From Auanema rhodensis (taxonomy: Eukaryota; Animalia; Nematoda), in the NCBI GenBank assembly GCA_964057225.1, contig OZ059898.1, positions 4,464,001-4,528,000 on the forward strand: 64,000 bases of DNA. The letters run 5' to 3'. Of the stretch, positions 39,001 through 52,720 are shown piece by piece. Position 1 is the stretch's first letter. Each line of letters opens with the position of its first letter. The position numbers and the translations under genes are program-made. The notes under the pieces are model-generated. The model worked only from the letters and a program-made list of their open reading frames with translations. It did not search any database and was not told where the DNA came from.

Positions 39001-39700
39001 TCCACATCATTCGCCCAAAGTAAGCCTATCATCTGTTTCATCTAGTCAAACTATTTCGGGGATTCCTTCTGGCTCGATGCCTGAAGAGCCAATGAATCAG
39101 TTAAGAAGTTTAGCTGCTGGTGGAGTTAAAGCAACAACTGCAACTGGCGCAAGTAGCACAGGTACCCAGCAAGCTTCAGTTTCTTCTGCCCAAAATCAGT
39201 TCAACCATACTTCCCAGCCTAGGTAACTGTTCTTTTTTAATCTAGTTATATTCTTTGTTACTCAGGACATCAAGTACGGGTGGAACAACATCGGTGCAAC
39301 CTCCATCTGCGGTAACTACTTCAGTGGCGTCGAACCAGACATCTACGACATCCACTCCACAAGCAGCGCAACCTCCAACATCTCTATCAAATGCCAATAT
39401 CAATGATCTGGTCTCATCGTTGAATCTTAACAGTCCTCTGGTAGCTTCACTTAATCCAAACCTTTTCAATAGGGGCGGCAACCAACTTTTACCAACTGTA
39501 AGAATAATAAAATGAAGAAAAAATAGTTATAATATTTACAGGATTTGATATCGCAGCTCATCCTACAGCATGCTGCAGTTACCCAAAGTCAGCTGAGGCT
39601 TCAGCAGAACTCTGCTGCTGGCTTATTGTCATCTTTTGGTAATCTAATGCCTCCGATAAACGGTACTGGTGCTGGTCAAGGGAGTAACGTTAGTCAATGA
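33067..39700 (+). CDS. zfp-1: AF10/MLLT10 ortholog (PZP domain + octapeptide motif/leucine zipper), DOT1L partner
   Basis: MKEMLGGCCVCSDENGWADNPLIYCDGPGCEVAVHQGCYGIQEVPEGEWLCAKC..CELCPFGYGALKRT..WAHVICALYIPEV (PZP); intron 33856-37559; EQLLERQW..LHQLKSENVRLEEQLSSLNRRRDHLLALNARL (OM-LZ); stop TGA 39698-39700. Confidence 0.96.
36095..36285 (+). promoter_or_regulatory. Probable internal promoter of zfp-1 (short isoform)
   Basis: GC-rich patch followed by a CT-rich tract in the 3.7-kb intron, the same architecture as regions upstream of other genes here (e.g. 3530-3730, 55420-55620). Confidence 0.4.
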
Positions 39701-40580
39701 ACATTCGATGCTACCAAGGTGCCTAATGTAAGGAGGATTGTGAAGTTCATAAACCACTTTGCCTTATACCTTTATTAGTTTTTAAATAGATTCCTCTTAT
39801 GCGCAGCGGTGAAAGTTATTCTTTTTCCAAACCTTTGGAGCGTTTGTTCCATTTTTGGTTGAACCAACTTGTATCCTCTGACATCTGCCGGTGTATTCAC
39901 TAGTATCTGATGTATATTAATTTTTTTATGTTTCTTCTTTGTTTATTTCTATCTCCCGCCCGCGCACATATATAAAGAGAAATTTATATTTTTTATAATT
40001 CCTTAATGGATTATATTATCCATTGCCAAACATTTGATGCTATGCTATAACTGGCCTTCTTTAATATACCTCACATGTCCATCCAAGTTCCACTATTGTG
40101 TGCCTTCGTCTGCTATCCACAGAAGTTTTATGAACGATATTCTTCATGATCTGGGATGCAGCTTTTTCACCTCTGGACCCTAATTTTTTTTTCGGTTGAT
40201 ACTCTTCTAAGAAGCATTTCTATACATATTGCCGGAGATCTCTGAGAGAAATTAGTTTTTCGTTTTGTTGTATAATCTCTAATATTTTCTCTTGATTTTC
40301 GACGATATAGTCCAAGGGGTTGTCATCTTTTCCATAACATCATTCTCATAGCTAATAACTGTTCCTTCATAACTTCTCGACCATAGCCTACAAAATTTCT
40401 GTACTCTGTATGTAAGTATCAAAATGATTCATTACCTTCTCTTGTTTGTTGTTCAAAGTGTGTTATGTCATAAATCGAAATCATATGCTAATATTATCCC
40501 AAATCCACAACACTTAACTATTTTCCGTTGTTGTCAACCTTATCTACGTAGTTAGAAATGCAACATTTCTTCTACGTTCT

Positions 40581-40586
40581 AATAAA
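40581..40586 (+). terminator. AATAAA polyadenylation signal of zfp-1
   Basis: Canonical AATAAA ~880 nt after the zfp-1 stop and ~200 nt before the DCAKD acceptor. Confidence 0.55.
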
Positions 40587-40790
40587 ATTATAAATTTGCT
40601 TCTCAGTTTTTCCCAATGTGGTATTGACAGCCTATATCTAACAGATAGTAAAACATGCAGTAATGTAGTATCTTCCGCAGCCTTGATAGGTTGTATATTC
40701 AAAAGAAGACATATCATTATTTGTTTAAGACGGAAATTATATCAATTGCTAATAACATTTAAAATATAGTATCATAGCTTGTTTGTAGAG

Positions 40791-41800
40791 ATGGTAGTTT
40801 ATGGTTTGACAGGTGGTATTGCCACTGGAAAAAGTACAGTTTCCTCTGTTTTTCTTAGTCATGGTATTCCTGTTATTGATGCAGATCTAGTTGCAAGAGA
40901 AGGTAGAATTTTTAACATTTGCTCAAAGTTTTCATGAAAGGCACAAAACCATGGTATGGTTAGGAGTCGATTAGTTGTCAAATATTAATTATGTTTATAA
41001 TAAGGAAATAAATGATAAGGCATAGTGATATCACAAATTTATATCCTTTAGTTGTGCAACCGGGAGAATCCGCATATAAAAAAATTAGATCAGAGTTTGG
41101 AATGGAATATTTTGATGATGACAATGGCGGCATCCTTATTAGAGAGAAATTGGGGAAATTAATTTTCAATAACCCTGAAGTGAGTAAATGAAATTTTTCA
41201 CAATTCTACTATATACTCCAGAAAAGGCTACGTCTTAATAAGATCATTCATCCTGCGATTAGATGGAGGATGTTTTATCAATTTATGTACCATTTCTTCA
41301 CATGTTAGTTGATTAATAATAAGCATATATTTATTATTCTAAATATAGCATCGAAATACATTATATTGGATACTCCCCTGCTGTTTGAAAGTGGTTATGA
41401 TCGAATACTGAGTACAACAATTGTTGTGTGGTGGTAAACGTGCCTTGATATTGATAGCATATAGCTGAGATATTTAGTGATGCTGACAAAGAGTTAGAAC
41501 GTTTGATGGCTCGTGATGGTTTCAGTGAAGAAGATGCGAAAGCAAGGCTGAATTCTCAAATGCCCATTGGAGAAAAGAAAAGGAGAGGGAAAATTATTAT
41601 TGAAAACAATGGCAGCAAAGAGGAGCTTGAGAGCAAGGTTTTTCTCATGCGTATGAACAAAATTAGTATTATAATTTCAGATAAATGATCTTATCAAAGA
41701 TTTGGATTCTTCTTGGACTCCGTTAGTCTTCCGAATGGTTATTCCTGTATGTGTTTTAGTTGCCACCCATATCTTTGCCAAATTCCTCAGAATGATCTGA
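40791..41800 (+). CDS. DCAKD: Dephospho-CoA kinase (CoaE/DCAKD family) with hydrophobic C-terminal tail
   Basis: [18 protein letters not shown]-loop, [57 protein letters not shown]; stop TGA 41798-41800. Confidence 0.94.
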
Positions 41801-42107
41801 GACTGTCATATCGATGTCATAACAATAACTGTGATTCATTAAATAACATACATGCTTAAAAATTAAATTATAAAGAATGCCGATTTATATAAATAAAAAT
41901 ATATTGATTACTAATTGTTTCCGGTATCTAGTAGAGCAAGTTAATCAATAATTACGTATTTGAGGGAAAAGAACTTAATTAAAGTCTGCTCAGAACCAAT
42001 TTTTACCAAAGGCGGATATGATATGATTTTGAATTTTCTTATGAATAACTAATACATTGGTCTGAATTGTGTAAGTAGCTTTAATATATTACAACTAGTT
42101 CAACAGT

Positions 42108-43408
42108 ATGACTGGCACGATTCCTTCATTCTGGGAAACATATGCGGATTTTGGATATTTTGGCTTATATGATGGAGAGTTTCCAAATCTGCATATTTCC
42201 AGTAAGTCAGAGATTTATAATTTTCCCTAGTTTTTAATTGAAGGGAGCGACTTTGACGGCTTTTCGTTATCGGATGGCAACGGTTTTAACAATTCTGTAA
42301 TTTTTGAGTAATACTTCCTTGCACATTTGTTGTTTAGTTAGAGCTACCATCTAGAAGTCGGGAATACCCTCGCGGATCTCCTGATGTTGATAATTACTAT
42401 TCAACTACAAACAGACCTCTCCCCCCCATTTCAACTTTTTTTGAAAATACAAGAAGACCCCAAGGAGAGAGTTTATCACTCATGCCATCAGATGAACTTT
42501 TAGCTTTTTCGGAAATGTTTCATAATTCTTCCGAAATACATTTAGAAGAGGATAATGTACAAAACCAAGGTAAGGTGAATCCTTACAAACATTTTAGATA
42601 TAGTCTTTAAGCAGGTTTTACCTGCGAATTTTGCGGTAAAGTTCTACCATCGAAAAAGTCTCTCAAAAATCATGATTATCTTAATCACGAAGTGATTAAT
42701 AAGTCATGCTCTTACGAATTTTGTACATAGTAAGTTATAATTTAGTTCTCTCTGTAATTGTATTTTATTCTTTTTAGTGTCTCAAAAACCAGAAAGGAAT
42801 ATAATACTCATATCCGACAACACAATCTCGTAAATATCCACGAGAAAAAGAGAGCTGAGTTTGAAAAAGTTAATTATCTTGAACAATCTGTCAAAGTTAT
42901 TCTTCAAATTTATAGCGCAATATGGAGATGAATGTTAGTTATACAATTCGTAATCAAAAAGAATTGGAAATTTATTTGAAAACATGTTCAGGTAATCTTA
43001 CCATCATAGAACCATATTCTATTTTTAATAGATGAAATGATAGACAAAATTCACCAAAATCAAAAAGATCTACTTCTTGGAAGGACAAATATTCCTAGCA
43101 TGAATTTGTATATTGTATGTAATTATTTATATCTTCAAAAAGTAAATATATTTTAGGAGTTTGATACTGGTTCAAAAAAGTGGAGTTTCAAGTATACTTG
43201 CATTGGCTGTTCTAAAGATTTTGCTAGAGATTATAATGCGAGACGACATTCTGAAAGACACTCGTACGTTTTTTGAATTTTTTCATAATTTGTTCTGAAA
43301 TTTTTAAGCTTAAGAGATATCGTCTGTCCCTTATGTGATCGCCTGGTTAGAGGTGTCATGGCCTTGAAAACGCATGTTACTAAATATCATCAATTTTCGA
43401 GAGATTGA
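42108..43408 (+). CDS. C2H2 zinc-finger protein, four fingers in two pairs
   Basis: Spliced fingers FTCEFCGKVLPSKKSLKNHDYLNH, SCSYEFCTYVSKTRKEYNTHIRQH, YTCIGCSKDFAREYNARRHSERH and IVCPLCDRLVRGVMALKTHVTKYH; stop TGA 43406-43408. The start follows an acceptor at 42105-42106; an upstream exon ending at 42070 exists. Confidence 0.82.
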
Positions 43409-43525
43409 AAAAAAAACTTTTTGTTTTCAAAAAAAAAAGAAGAAATTCGAATTTTTTGTTAATTTGATACTAATGAAAGCAGCCCGTGATACCCCAATAC
43501 AATGCTCACTAATTCAAAATCATAT

Positions 43526-43830
43526 TTATTCGGCACATTCGTGTATCGTTATTCCGTGTTCATCACAGTATTCAATACAGTTTTCTGGTGCACAAAACAG
43601 TTTTCCACAAGCTACTGAAATTATGAAATGAGATTTCAATAAAGTTTCATAATCTATCTTACCTAGTCCTTTTTCGAACTTGTTTGATACTTTCAATTCT
43701 CCTAATTTTACTTTAGGAGGCAATAGAAATGCACTGCATGATGAGAACAGTATCTAAATTTGTTTTTTCAGATGTAACAGTACAAATCCAGTATTACCAA
43801 AACGAAAAGATGAAGCAGAATAATCTTCAT
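43526..43830 (-). CDS. Small secreted cysteine-rich peptide (~70 aa, 3 exons)
   Basis: On the - strand: ATG 43830 MKIILLHLFVL | GT..TTTAG intron | ILFSSCSAFLLPPKVKLGELKVSNKFEKGL | 48-nt GTAAGA..TTTCAG intron | VACGKLFCAPENCIEYCDEHGITIHECAE*. Classic signal peptide; the stop overlaps AATAAA. Confidence 0.72.
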
Positions 43831-44199
43831 GATTGAACAAGGTTCGTGCCCTTTTCTTAAATAGAGGAATTTATAAAATACACGAAAGAGGTACAGAAAA
43901 CCACGTGATTTAATGAGTAAAGGGGCGCAAAACTGAAGAAAATATTGACCTGGGAACAATAAAGTCAATCGATGGGCGACATCACACTTTGAAAGCGCAT
44001 TCTGGCGTTTATGCTGTCAAAGTTGTAATACTGTACACCTGATGCCCAGAAACGAATTCCCCGAAATAGTTCAACGTTGTGATCAAATTGCACAAGAAAT
44101 TGTTGCTTTCAATCAGTAGCTGATTTCGTAGTTTAGAAGTAATTAGGGAATTGAATAATTTTAAAGCGGAATGAAAGTAGTTTGGTGTAAATAACATAG

Positions 44200-46109
44200 C
44201 TATCTGCAAATAAAATAATATATTCCTTACATTTAGGTTACACTTTAGCTGATTCACTGATAGTTCCAGATCGTATTATACAATTCATTGCAATTGAACA
44301 TTTTGCTCTTTAGCCTATTTTTAAGACTTATCAAATTGCCATTTTCTGCTTTCTTTATATGTTCTTTTTCATTTAACTTATATTATTTTTCAAGATTTCA
44401 TAGTATTGATTGTTTCGTTCCATCATGCCTGTTCAATCAGATTGTTTCTTTCGTATTATTATAGATATCTTTTTTTCTGTAATTATTACTTGGAAGAGTA
44501 ACAGCATTGAGTGACTGTTTATTTCTTTCCTCTTGGAATATAACTCCTGATTTTTTTAGATTGTGATGCATTCTGTTTTGTAAAGTGTTTTAACGTTAAG
44601 TGAAATTTCTGTGATTATTAGAGATGCAGATACGAAATTCGCGGTTTTTCGAAAATATTCTGCTGTTTGTAAAATTTTGGAATACAAAGCTTATTGTACC
44701 TGATCAGGAAATTGTATCATTTCATATTTCTCATTAATGAATAGATCTATTTGATTCTGTTGTCAATTTTTACTGTCTTCTTTTTCATCATTTTTTATCA
44801 ATTATGTAACATTGCTTACATTGATATAATATCATGCGATACAAAGAAACCAAATAATCAGGTTCTATAACTTAAAGATTTTATGCATTTTATATGTTTG
44901 CAAACTTTTCAGCTTCGTTTGGAGTGAATGTTATTAATAGTTTTGATTTAATTAATTTCAAAAGTTAGTACCTATCTTGAGTTAAATTGTGAAGTTTGCA
45001 AAACATGCTTTTTCAAAGTATATCCTAAGTAATTATTCTATTTAATATCAGGTTTTAATCAATTAGTTATTAATTTTCATTTTCAAAAGAATCTCATACA
45101 TATATAAGAATGAATATACAGATAAAACATTAGTATCACGTTTTCTAACTAGACTAATAAACGTGTGTTTCATTTCCGATGCAACTGAACGTTATTGCTT
45201 CTCTTATTTTAGTACCTTCACTTGTCATGCAAATGCTTTCAGGCTATAGCTCGAATCATTTTTATCATTTCCGATATTGAAGTTTCAATACCTCTTGCTT
45301 CAGTTTCAGCATTTTAAAGTCGTGTATTTGACATTTTAGCTTTTTCAGCATTTTATATCGAATTTTTCATAACAGAAAATGTTATAGAACTAGTTATTTC
45401 TAGTTCTTTTTTTAGCTGTACATGAAAATATTTATACCTCTATTCACACAAATGAGCTCTGAAATGCTCTTTTTGCATAATGTATATAATTTAAAATTCT
45501 TGTTCCCCATCTTCCATTTTTTCACTTTCCTATTTTATCATTTGTATTTGTCTATTTTTAATGAAACCCTCAAATTACCCAATCTTTAATGTTCATGAGA
45601 ATAGAAAAAAAATATCCATACTTATCCTCAAAAACTAATTTCAATCAAAAAAATTCTGCAAACAACTTAAGTTTTCGACTGCATGTGGCTCAAGAAGTTA
45701 ACCTGCATCATCTGTATGTGTATTGGTGTTTGATCATCAATGATAGTCATTTGTTATCCTAGATAGACTTCCCTATTTTTTTATATAGTTGAACTAAACT
45801 CAATTGATGATCTTCTTTGCTTTCTTTCTCTTCAACTACTGTTTTTTAGCCTCAATATGTTTCACTATCTTATCATTTATATATCTTCAACTTATGACTC
45901 TGATTGAATATTTTCAGCAATATCTCTATCGGTTTATCAACATATGTGATAATCGTTTTCATTTAACGGTGCAGACTTTCAATAACTTTTTGTGTAATAT
46001 TATATAATTTTGCACTGTTATTATACATTATCTGGAATTTTAATAGTTGATAGCATGAGACAAATTAAAATTATAAGTATATTAATGAAGTTATAACAAT
46101 TACTTTGAA

Positions 46110-46140
<31 letters not shown>

Positions 46141-47690
46141 TCTCATATTTAACTTATGTGCTTGTAATAGTAAATATATTATTTAATTAATAATATAATT
46201 CTAAGCTTTTCCCTCTATAATTTTCTTTTATATAATTATAATATCATGTGAAAAAACTACGAGTTGTTGCTATTTAAACATATTCTTGTTGGTATCGATG
46301 ATATGTTTGTCGTAATTTTGTAATATATCTACATTTACTTTTGATAATCTCTGCAAATGAAGAGTATTTCTGCATTCATTTTTACATTATATTACAGTCA
46401 ATATGTCTTTTTGTCTTTTTAGATCTTTGCAATAATGAATTATAGGAAGGAATTGCTTAAAATGTTCAATTTGTTAGTTGCATGCTCTTTTTCTTTTCGT
46501 CTATCCCATTGACTTTTGTAGTTCTTATTACGTACTTTTTCCCCATTAAGTCAGTAGCTGATGTCGTTGTGTTCTATATCTTTTCTATTTCTCTGAATTT
46601 CATTGATGTATACTTCGATTTCTTATGTTCAGCATATCTAGTAAAACAGTATTTAACTTTGTACCAAAAATTGTGATATATTGCTCAACATTTTTTTCTC
46701 CTTGTTTTATACATTGACAAAAGTTTTTTTTATGGAAATGTTTTGAATAATATTTCCAAATAGTAGGGAAATTTTGAGCAAAACTGTGAAAGTAGCTATA
46801 ATTGGTTTATAATTTCTAATCATTGCTAGTAAAACTCAACAGAATAATCAGCATAGCTTTCATTAGAATTAGCTGTTAATAACAGGTTTATTTATTTCAA
46901 TTATTATTAATATTCTTTTAAGAATACCAATGGTTGAGATTGCTGAAAAAGATTAAAATTTTAAAAATATGTTTCAATGAACAGCTTGTTATAAACTTAG
47001 GTTTTTTACGCTTAGAAGCCGCATTTTTCCATATGACTTCAATTGTATTTCTGTCTTCCTTTATTGCAATAAAACTAACCAAGTTTGTTGCTCGAACAAC
47101 TTTCCGTATTACTGAAGCAACAAAAAAAGCAGGGTTGCTAGTTTTTCAATTATTCAAAAAAAAAACGAAAAAAATGCTTTACCAATTACAGATGTTGGCA
47201 ATGTAGTTGTATTCTCTTGTCTATAAAAACATATTTCTGATGAAAATCCTCAGAAACTGCTCTGCAATATTGTTTTGTTGAAAAAATTTCTGAAGAGCAT
47301 AGAAACCCACACAATCACTAAGTATTCAACGTTCGCATCTACCCCCATTTCATCAATTTCAAGCCTTGTATTCTAGTTTATTTTCTCCTTTTTTTCAACT
47401 ATGAATTCGTTTATAATCCCAGAAACATCGGTTATACATTGTTTTTCTTGTTGAATCACATTTCTTCGTTCAAATCCTTTAATTCGTGCTGGAAACTGAT
47501 TTTTGTTTTCAAATGTTTTTTGTTCATCTTTTACATCTAAGCATATTTTCCTAATATAGTTTGCTGCGAATCGATTTTTGCAAATATAAGGTTGTACGAA
47601 TCGTGAATAATAATTGCTCGTTTGAAAGTAGTTTACTTTGTATTTAATCATAAATTCCTCTTATCTTTTAGAAAATTTAGATTTGAAACG
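44200..47690 (-). pseudogene. Decayed coding-like tract of unknown origin (pseudogene or transposon/viral relic)
   Basis: The - strand is purine-rich and yields protein-like fragments (ORF 47373-47651; QNQIDLFINEKYEMIQFPDQ; NLKKSGVIFQEERNKQ) broken by frequent stops and frameshifts. No consistent exon chain could be built. Confidence 0.35.
46117..46140. repeat. (TA)n microsatellite
   Basis: TA run in an AT-rich patch interrupting the decayed tract. Confidence 0.9.
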
Positions 47691-50600
47691 TTGTCATATA
47701 GATGATGAGAAATAATATTTGAAGCTTGTTGAATCAGCTAACTCAAATGGAAAAAAACAATTGTATATGCTCTTGATTCATAGTTACTTTGGTCATTTTC
47801 TCATTAGTAATTCATTTAATTCATATACATATGTACATATATATGTATATATAATAACAACTAAAATATTCTTTCTCAATTGTTCAACTTGGCTTTGCTC
47901 AAATGAAAGTAAATTAAAATATTCGTATCCGTTCGTCTTTCTTTACTCTACTTCTCTTCTCGTACTCTTATTCTATAGCCAACTAGCACATGCCCACATG
48001 TATACATATAGTATTCATCTATCTAACTATATATGCATATTCTATATTTCTTATACATACTATTATTTTTGATTTTCTCTCATTTTACTAAATCTCATCT
48101 TTGCCTTTTTTTTCTGCTTTTTTCTTTTTTTTTATCTTCCACCATTTCTTTCTCTTCTCAATCATGCTCTCAATGTTCTAGTTGCATCTGCACATGATCA
48201 TCAAAGAATCATGAGTATGCATAGCTGCCTTGCAATTTTTACTCTACGTCTTTGGCCAGCATTATGTTAGAAAGTGGCTTTCCTTCTTTTCTTCTTATCC
48301 GCAGTGTTTCTCCTGCCATCTATCTTCTCTCATCTACATTTGCACCTCTATTTCTCTTTTTCTCATTTCCGTTCATCATCTTTCTCGCATTTCCGCATAA
48401 ACTACTCCAGTTCACTGCTTCGTTTCATGTGCACATTATGTATCCATCTTTTATGATTCTCTTCTTTTAACTTATATTTTTTAACTTCCTACATCATATT
48501 TAACATTTAAAACAGTTTTTTCATATAAAAAAAGGTAAAAACTACAAATATTATGTACTACTAAGATACATCATTTTATCATAGTTTGAAGAATATTTAT
48601 TTATGCAGCTTTAACTGTTTAAACTAGAAGCAATTTTTGGCACGCATGAAATGTGTTTTCAATAAAAAAATTGTCTCTCAACAGATCGTTGATATGCAAT
48701 ATATTTATTGCATTACTTGTCCCAAATATCTCTCACATTATCGGAGCTTACTCCTGTTTCTTTTGATGTTGTTGTTTTGCAGATGTAGTTGTGCAATTTC
48801 TATATTCAACAATTCCGTTTTGCGATACCATCATCTTATTTATTGGTATGAAAAGCGTTCCATTTGCAAAACTGTTCCTCATACCTTCTTTTTCTTTTCA
48901 TTTATGTATTTGTGGGTTTCATAACAAGTTATCTAACTGTATATCTAGCAATAACTCGTATTCCACCTAAACAGACATAAACATAGAAGTCATTTGAGGT
49001 TGGTTTCAGTACACACTTCCAACTTTTCCATCTCATTTATACTTCCTTCTCACATCTTATGTAAAATTGTTCGCAGCATAACAGAATATTACGATAATTT
49101 TAAAACTTCCTTCTTATTTTTGAACATTCATTATATATTTTTTATCTTTCGTCTTAAAATCTCATGAGATTTGATCCAATGAAGAAAACAGTTTATATAA
49201 GAGAATTGATAATGACTGTTTTTTTTTTATAAAACATCAATGATTCGTTAAATTCATTTTAATAAACTAGTTGAGTGTTTACATAGCTGTCAAAAATCAA
49301 CGCGGTATTCTCACACTTATCGTAATTCACATGTTTCACGTAATATTTTATTTTATGCAAGTGCAGGTGAGCAAGCCGGTTGTTATCGCGTTTCGTTTTT
49401 ATTAAAAAGGTACCCCACATGACTTTTGTCATCGTCCAATGACCATTTATTGTCTTTATGCTATATGCAAAATCATTTGCTAATAATAGAAATATAAGAT
49501 TTATGTTTATTAACCTCAAAAAAAAATAAAAAATATAATACATAGTTTAGACAAATTATTTTGGATACTTATATATAATTTTACTTAACTTCACATATGT
49601 AAACTTTTTACATAATGTAATATTTAATGTCGCACGTGGCTTTTAAGCATTGCAGGTTCATTCATTCATTGACTTTTCTTTGTTAGGAAGCACATTTAAC
49701 AATATCTTATCAAAGTTACATTTTCAATGTGATGAGACGCAAAATGCTGGCAGCCCGATAGAACGCAATCAGGCATAGAGAAAACAAACGAAGAATTCTT
49801 GCTCACCCAAACATTTTAGATTACTATCAGTTGTTTACCGACACATACAAAGAAACGTTACCTCATCGGTGATATTATATCAAAAATTTCTCGAGATTTG
49901 ATCAGTTGTCAACTGCTTCTACTTGATCTTTTCTTGATTTGTTAGTTCAAAAATGATTCAGTTTCGAAATAATCAATGAATATAATCATTGATGTTATCT
50001 ATAATTTGTCTATTTCATAACAGAATCTTTTCAACTATTGTTCAGAAACGCAATGTCTCGTGGGGATGATCTATTTCCAATTTTTGTCTTTAATAACAAA
50101 ACGTATATGCTGATAAGAAGGGGGGGGGGATTCAAGAAAATTTTCTTTTCAATCGACTCAACGTCTATTATCATAAGTGACCGATGGACTACAGTTTCAA
50201 TTCGAACTCTTATCAGTAGGCCATCAGATATTTTATAGAAAAATCTTGTACTGTTTGCAAAACATAAAAAGAACTGTAGAGAAAATTTGCAAATTATTTG
50301 ATCGCTCCTAAGCGCTCCTTCGGTGGCTCATGATAATTTTAATTATTATAGTGAATTTAATTAAATAAATCTGATATACATGTTGAATTTAGCTTTAACG
50401 TCTTTTTCATTTCGTTTATCTTAGCTTATTTATCAACGTTTCCATTGTACTTTTCTTTTTTTCCCAGCAAAATGAATGAATGTGCGTATGTATGTCAGTT
50501 TTGCACTTGATCTGACTGCTAGTTGTGATTGCTGCACAGCTGTAAACTTGCAAGATCACTATAACGTTTCTTTTTGATTATTTTAATTTGAAAGTTTTCA

Positions 50601-52683
50601 TTAAATCCTGAATCCATCTTATCTTAATGAACTAATATTACTTGCTCATAATACATCATCGTCATCGGATTATTTTTCCAGTTTTATTGACAATCAATAA
50701 TAACATGACTCGTATTGTAGTTATATTCAAGTAGTTGCAGCAGCCTTTTTTCTGTCTTTCGGAATAGCAAGTACCCGCTTTGTTATGCCGTTGTTTTCCT
50801 GTTGCTACTTTTTGTTGCTGTGAACGAATGAAGAAAGCTATAACCATAAAGGGAAAGTGAATGTGTAGAACACGAGGCACGATTAGAAGGAAACTAAGCA
50901 GGTAGAGAAAGAGACAGCGACAGAGCAACAGATAGAGAAAAAGAGGTTGTGAGATAAAAATGGAGATCACAACAAAGCTGAACAGACATTTAGAGTATGA
51001 ATGCTGTTTGGTTAAATCATTTTATGCTTTCAACTCATGTTATCCTTCTTTATCTCTACTATCCTCACTTTATTCTATTCAATATGAACATATGTGCATT
51101 CATTTTTTTCAATCTATGCTGTCAATTCTTTCCATATACGTACGTAGCCTATGAGATAGACTTTTGAAGAAGCAATATACGTCATAGCTAGTTGCAAATG
51201 GCGAAAGTAGCCACACTTGAGTCTCTTTTTTGCATTCAGTTACACTGACGCTGTGTTTTGGATTCAGTAGCTTTATAGACCGTGTTTTGTCCTAATGTCC
51301 TAGCATATGAATTGCTTCTTGATTTTCTCGAAAATATGTGAATCTTTCATATTATTTGTTAACAAGAAAGCTTGAGTTTGTTTTCTAATCACTATCTGTA
51401 TAAGTCACTTTTATATATGTAATTTGTTATTCGATACGAGTGATTTGATATTTTTAAAATTTGAATTTTATTCTAAAATAGAAAGAATTTTAAATTGATA
51501 TATACATATGTATATGCATACATATTCATACATGTAGTTCAATATTTTTTACTCAAATATCATAGTACATCATTGTTGCTATTCTCTGAATTTGATTCTC
51601 TGAATAGAGGAAATAGCTTTCTTTTTTTTTCGAACATTTTGCTTTTCTCATGACGAGAATAATAAATCCATCAGCGTTAGTGTGTCATTAGGTTGGTATC
51701 AGTTTATGTGCTTGACTTTTCATTTATTCATACATCTTCTATTTTCTAGGGGAAATATGAAAAATAATTCATTTTCACTTTACATGAAAGTTCTAGATAT
51801 CGTTATAATATGGCATTTGATGATAACATACATATCTATGAATATCGTGATGTTCAGAAATTACACAGTGTTAAAGAAACATTGCTTGTTTTGTTCATCT
51901 TTTTTTTTCTTTATTGGGGTTTTAAGATGTTCGAAAAATGTATTTTTCCGCATATTTTTCTCTCATATTTGTTCTAAAACATAGTTTAGTAAAAGTTCAA
52001 GAGCGCCATTCCCTATTTTTCTTTGAACTTTAATCTGCGACCTATGTATTTATATGCATACACAGACATAGATATATATACATATATCTGAAAAATGGTG
52101 AACATTTCCATGTTTTTTTTAACTTAACTTGTTTTTCTTCATGATAGCTCTTTAAATTAGAAATAAGTTCTTCAATCTTTAACATATAAAACATATAAGA
52201 TTTTAAGTTTTAGCTATCAACTTACTACAGTTTTTGAAGAAAAAAAATGTAATAAGTACGATATACGTATATCAATATACTATCGTTTTGCAAATAATAT
52301 TATTCTCATTTTAACTTGTTAAATTTTTGCAAAATGTTCATTTTCTCATTAGATAACATCGCATCATTTAATATTTATCTTATTCGTTTTAGGAGTTGTT
52401 GTTCATTTTCGTTTTTTTTTAATTTTGTCTCAAAACATCCGAGATATTTCTTATAACTCTTACTTCATCAGATCTTGTTGTCAACTTTTATTCTAATTAT
52501 AATTCAGCTAAAAGACGTTGGTGAAAATGAGGAGGTCCTTGAAGGTCATAAAACATTAAACAGATATTCTGTACTTCTACGCTTTTGGTAATATTGTCAA
52601 CATCCTGCTTACTCGCTAGAAATGGTTTCACTCTTTTCATCCTCTCTCGTTAGCATCATTCCTCTTTACCTAAAAGTATTAGT

Positions 52684-52687
<4 letters not shown>

Positions 52688-52714
<27 letters not shown>
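52688..52714. repeat. (TA)n microsatellite
   Basis: Perfect TA run. Confidence 0.92.

Positions 52715-52720
<6 letters not shown>

Noticed and set aside
40067-40073. let-7 seed match TACCTCA in the zfp-1 3' UTR
   Set aside because: One 7-mer in ~900 nt is not significant without conservation data.
43526-43615. Insulin-like peptide assignment
   Set aside because: Has an ACG motif but no CC-containing A chain, and the cysteine spacing is wrong.
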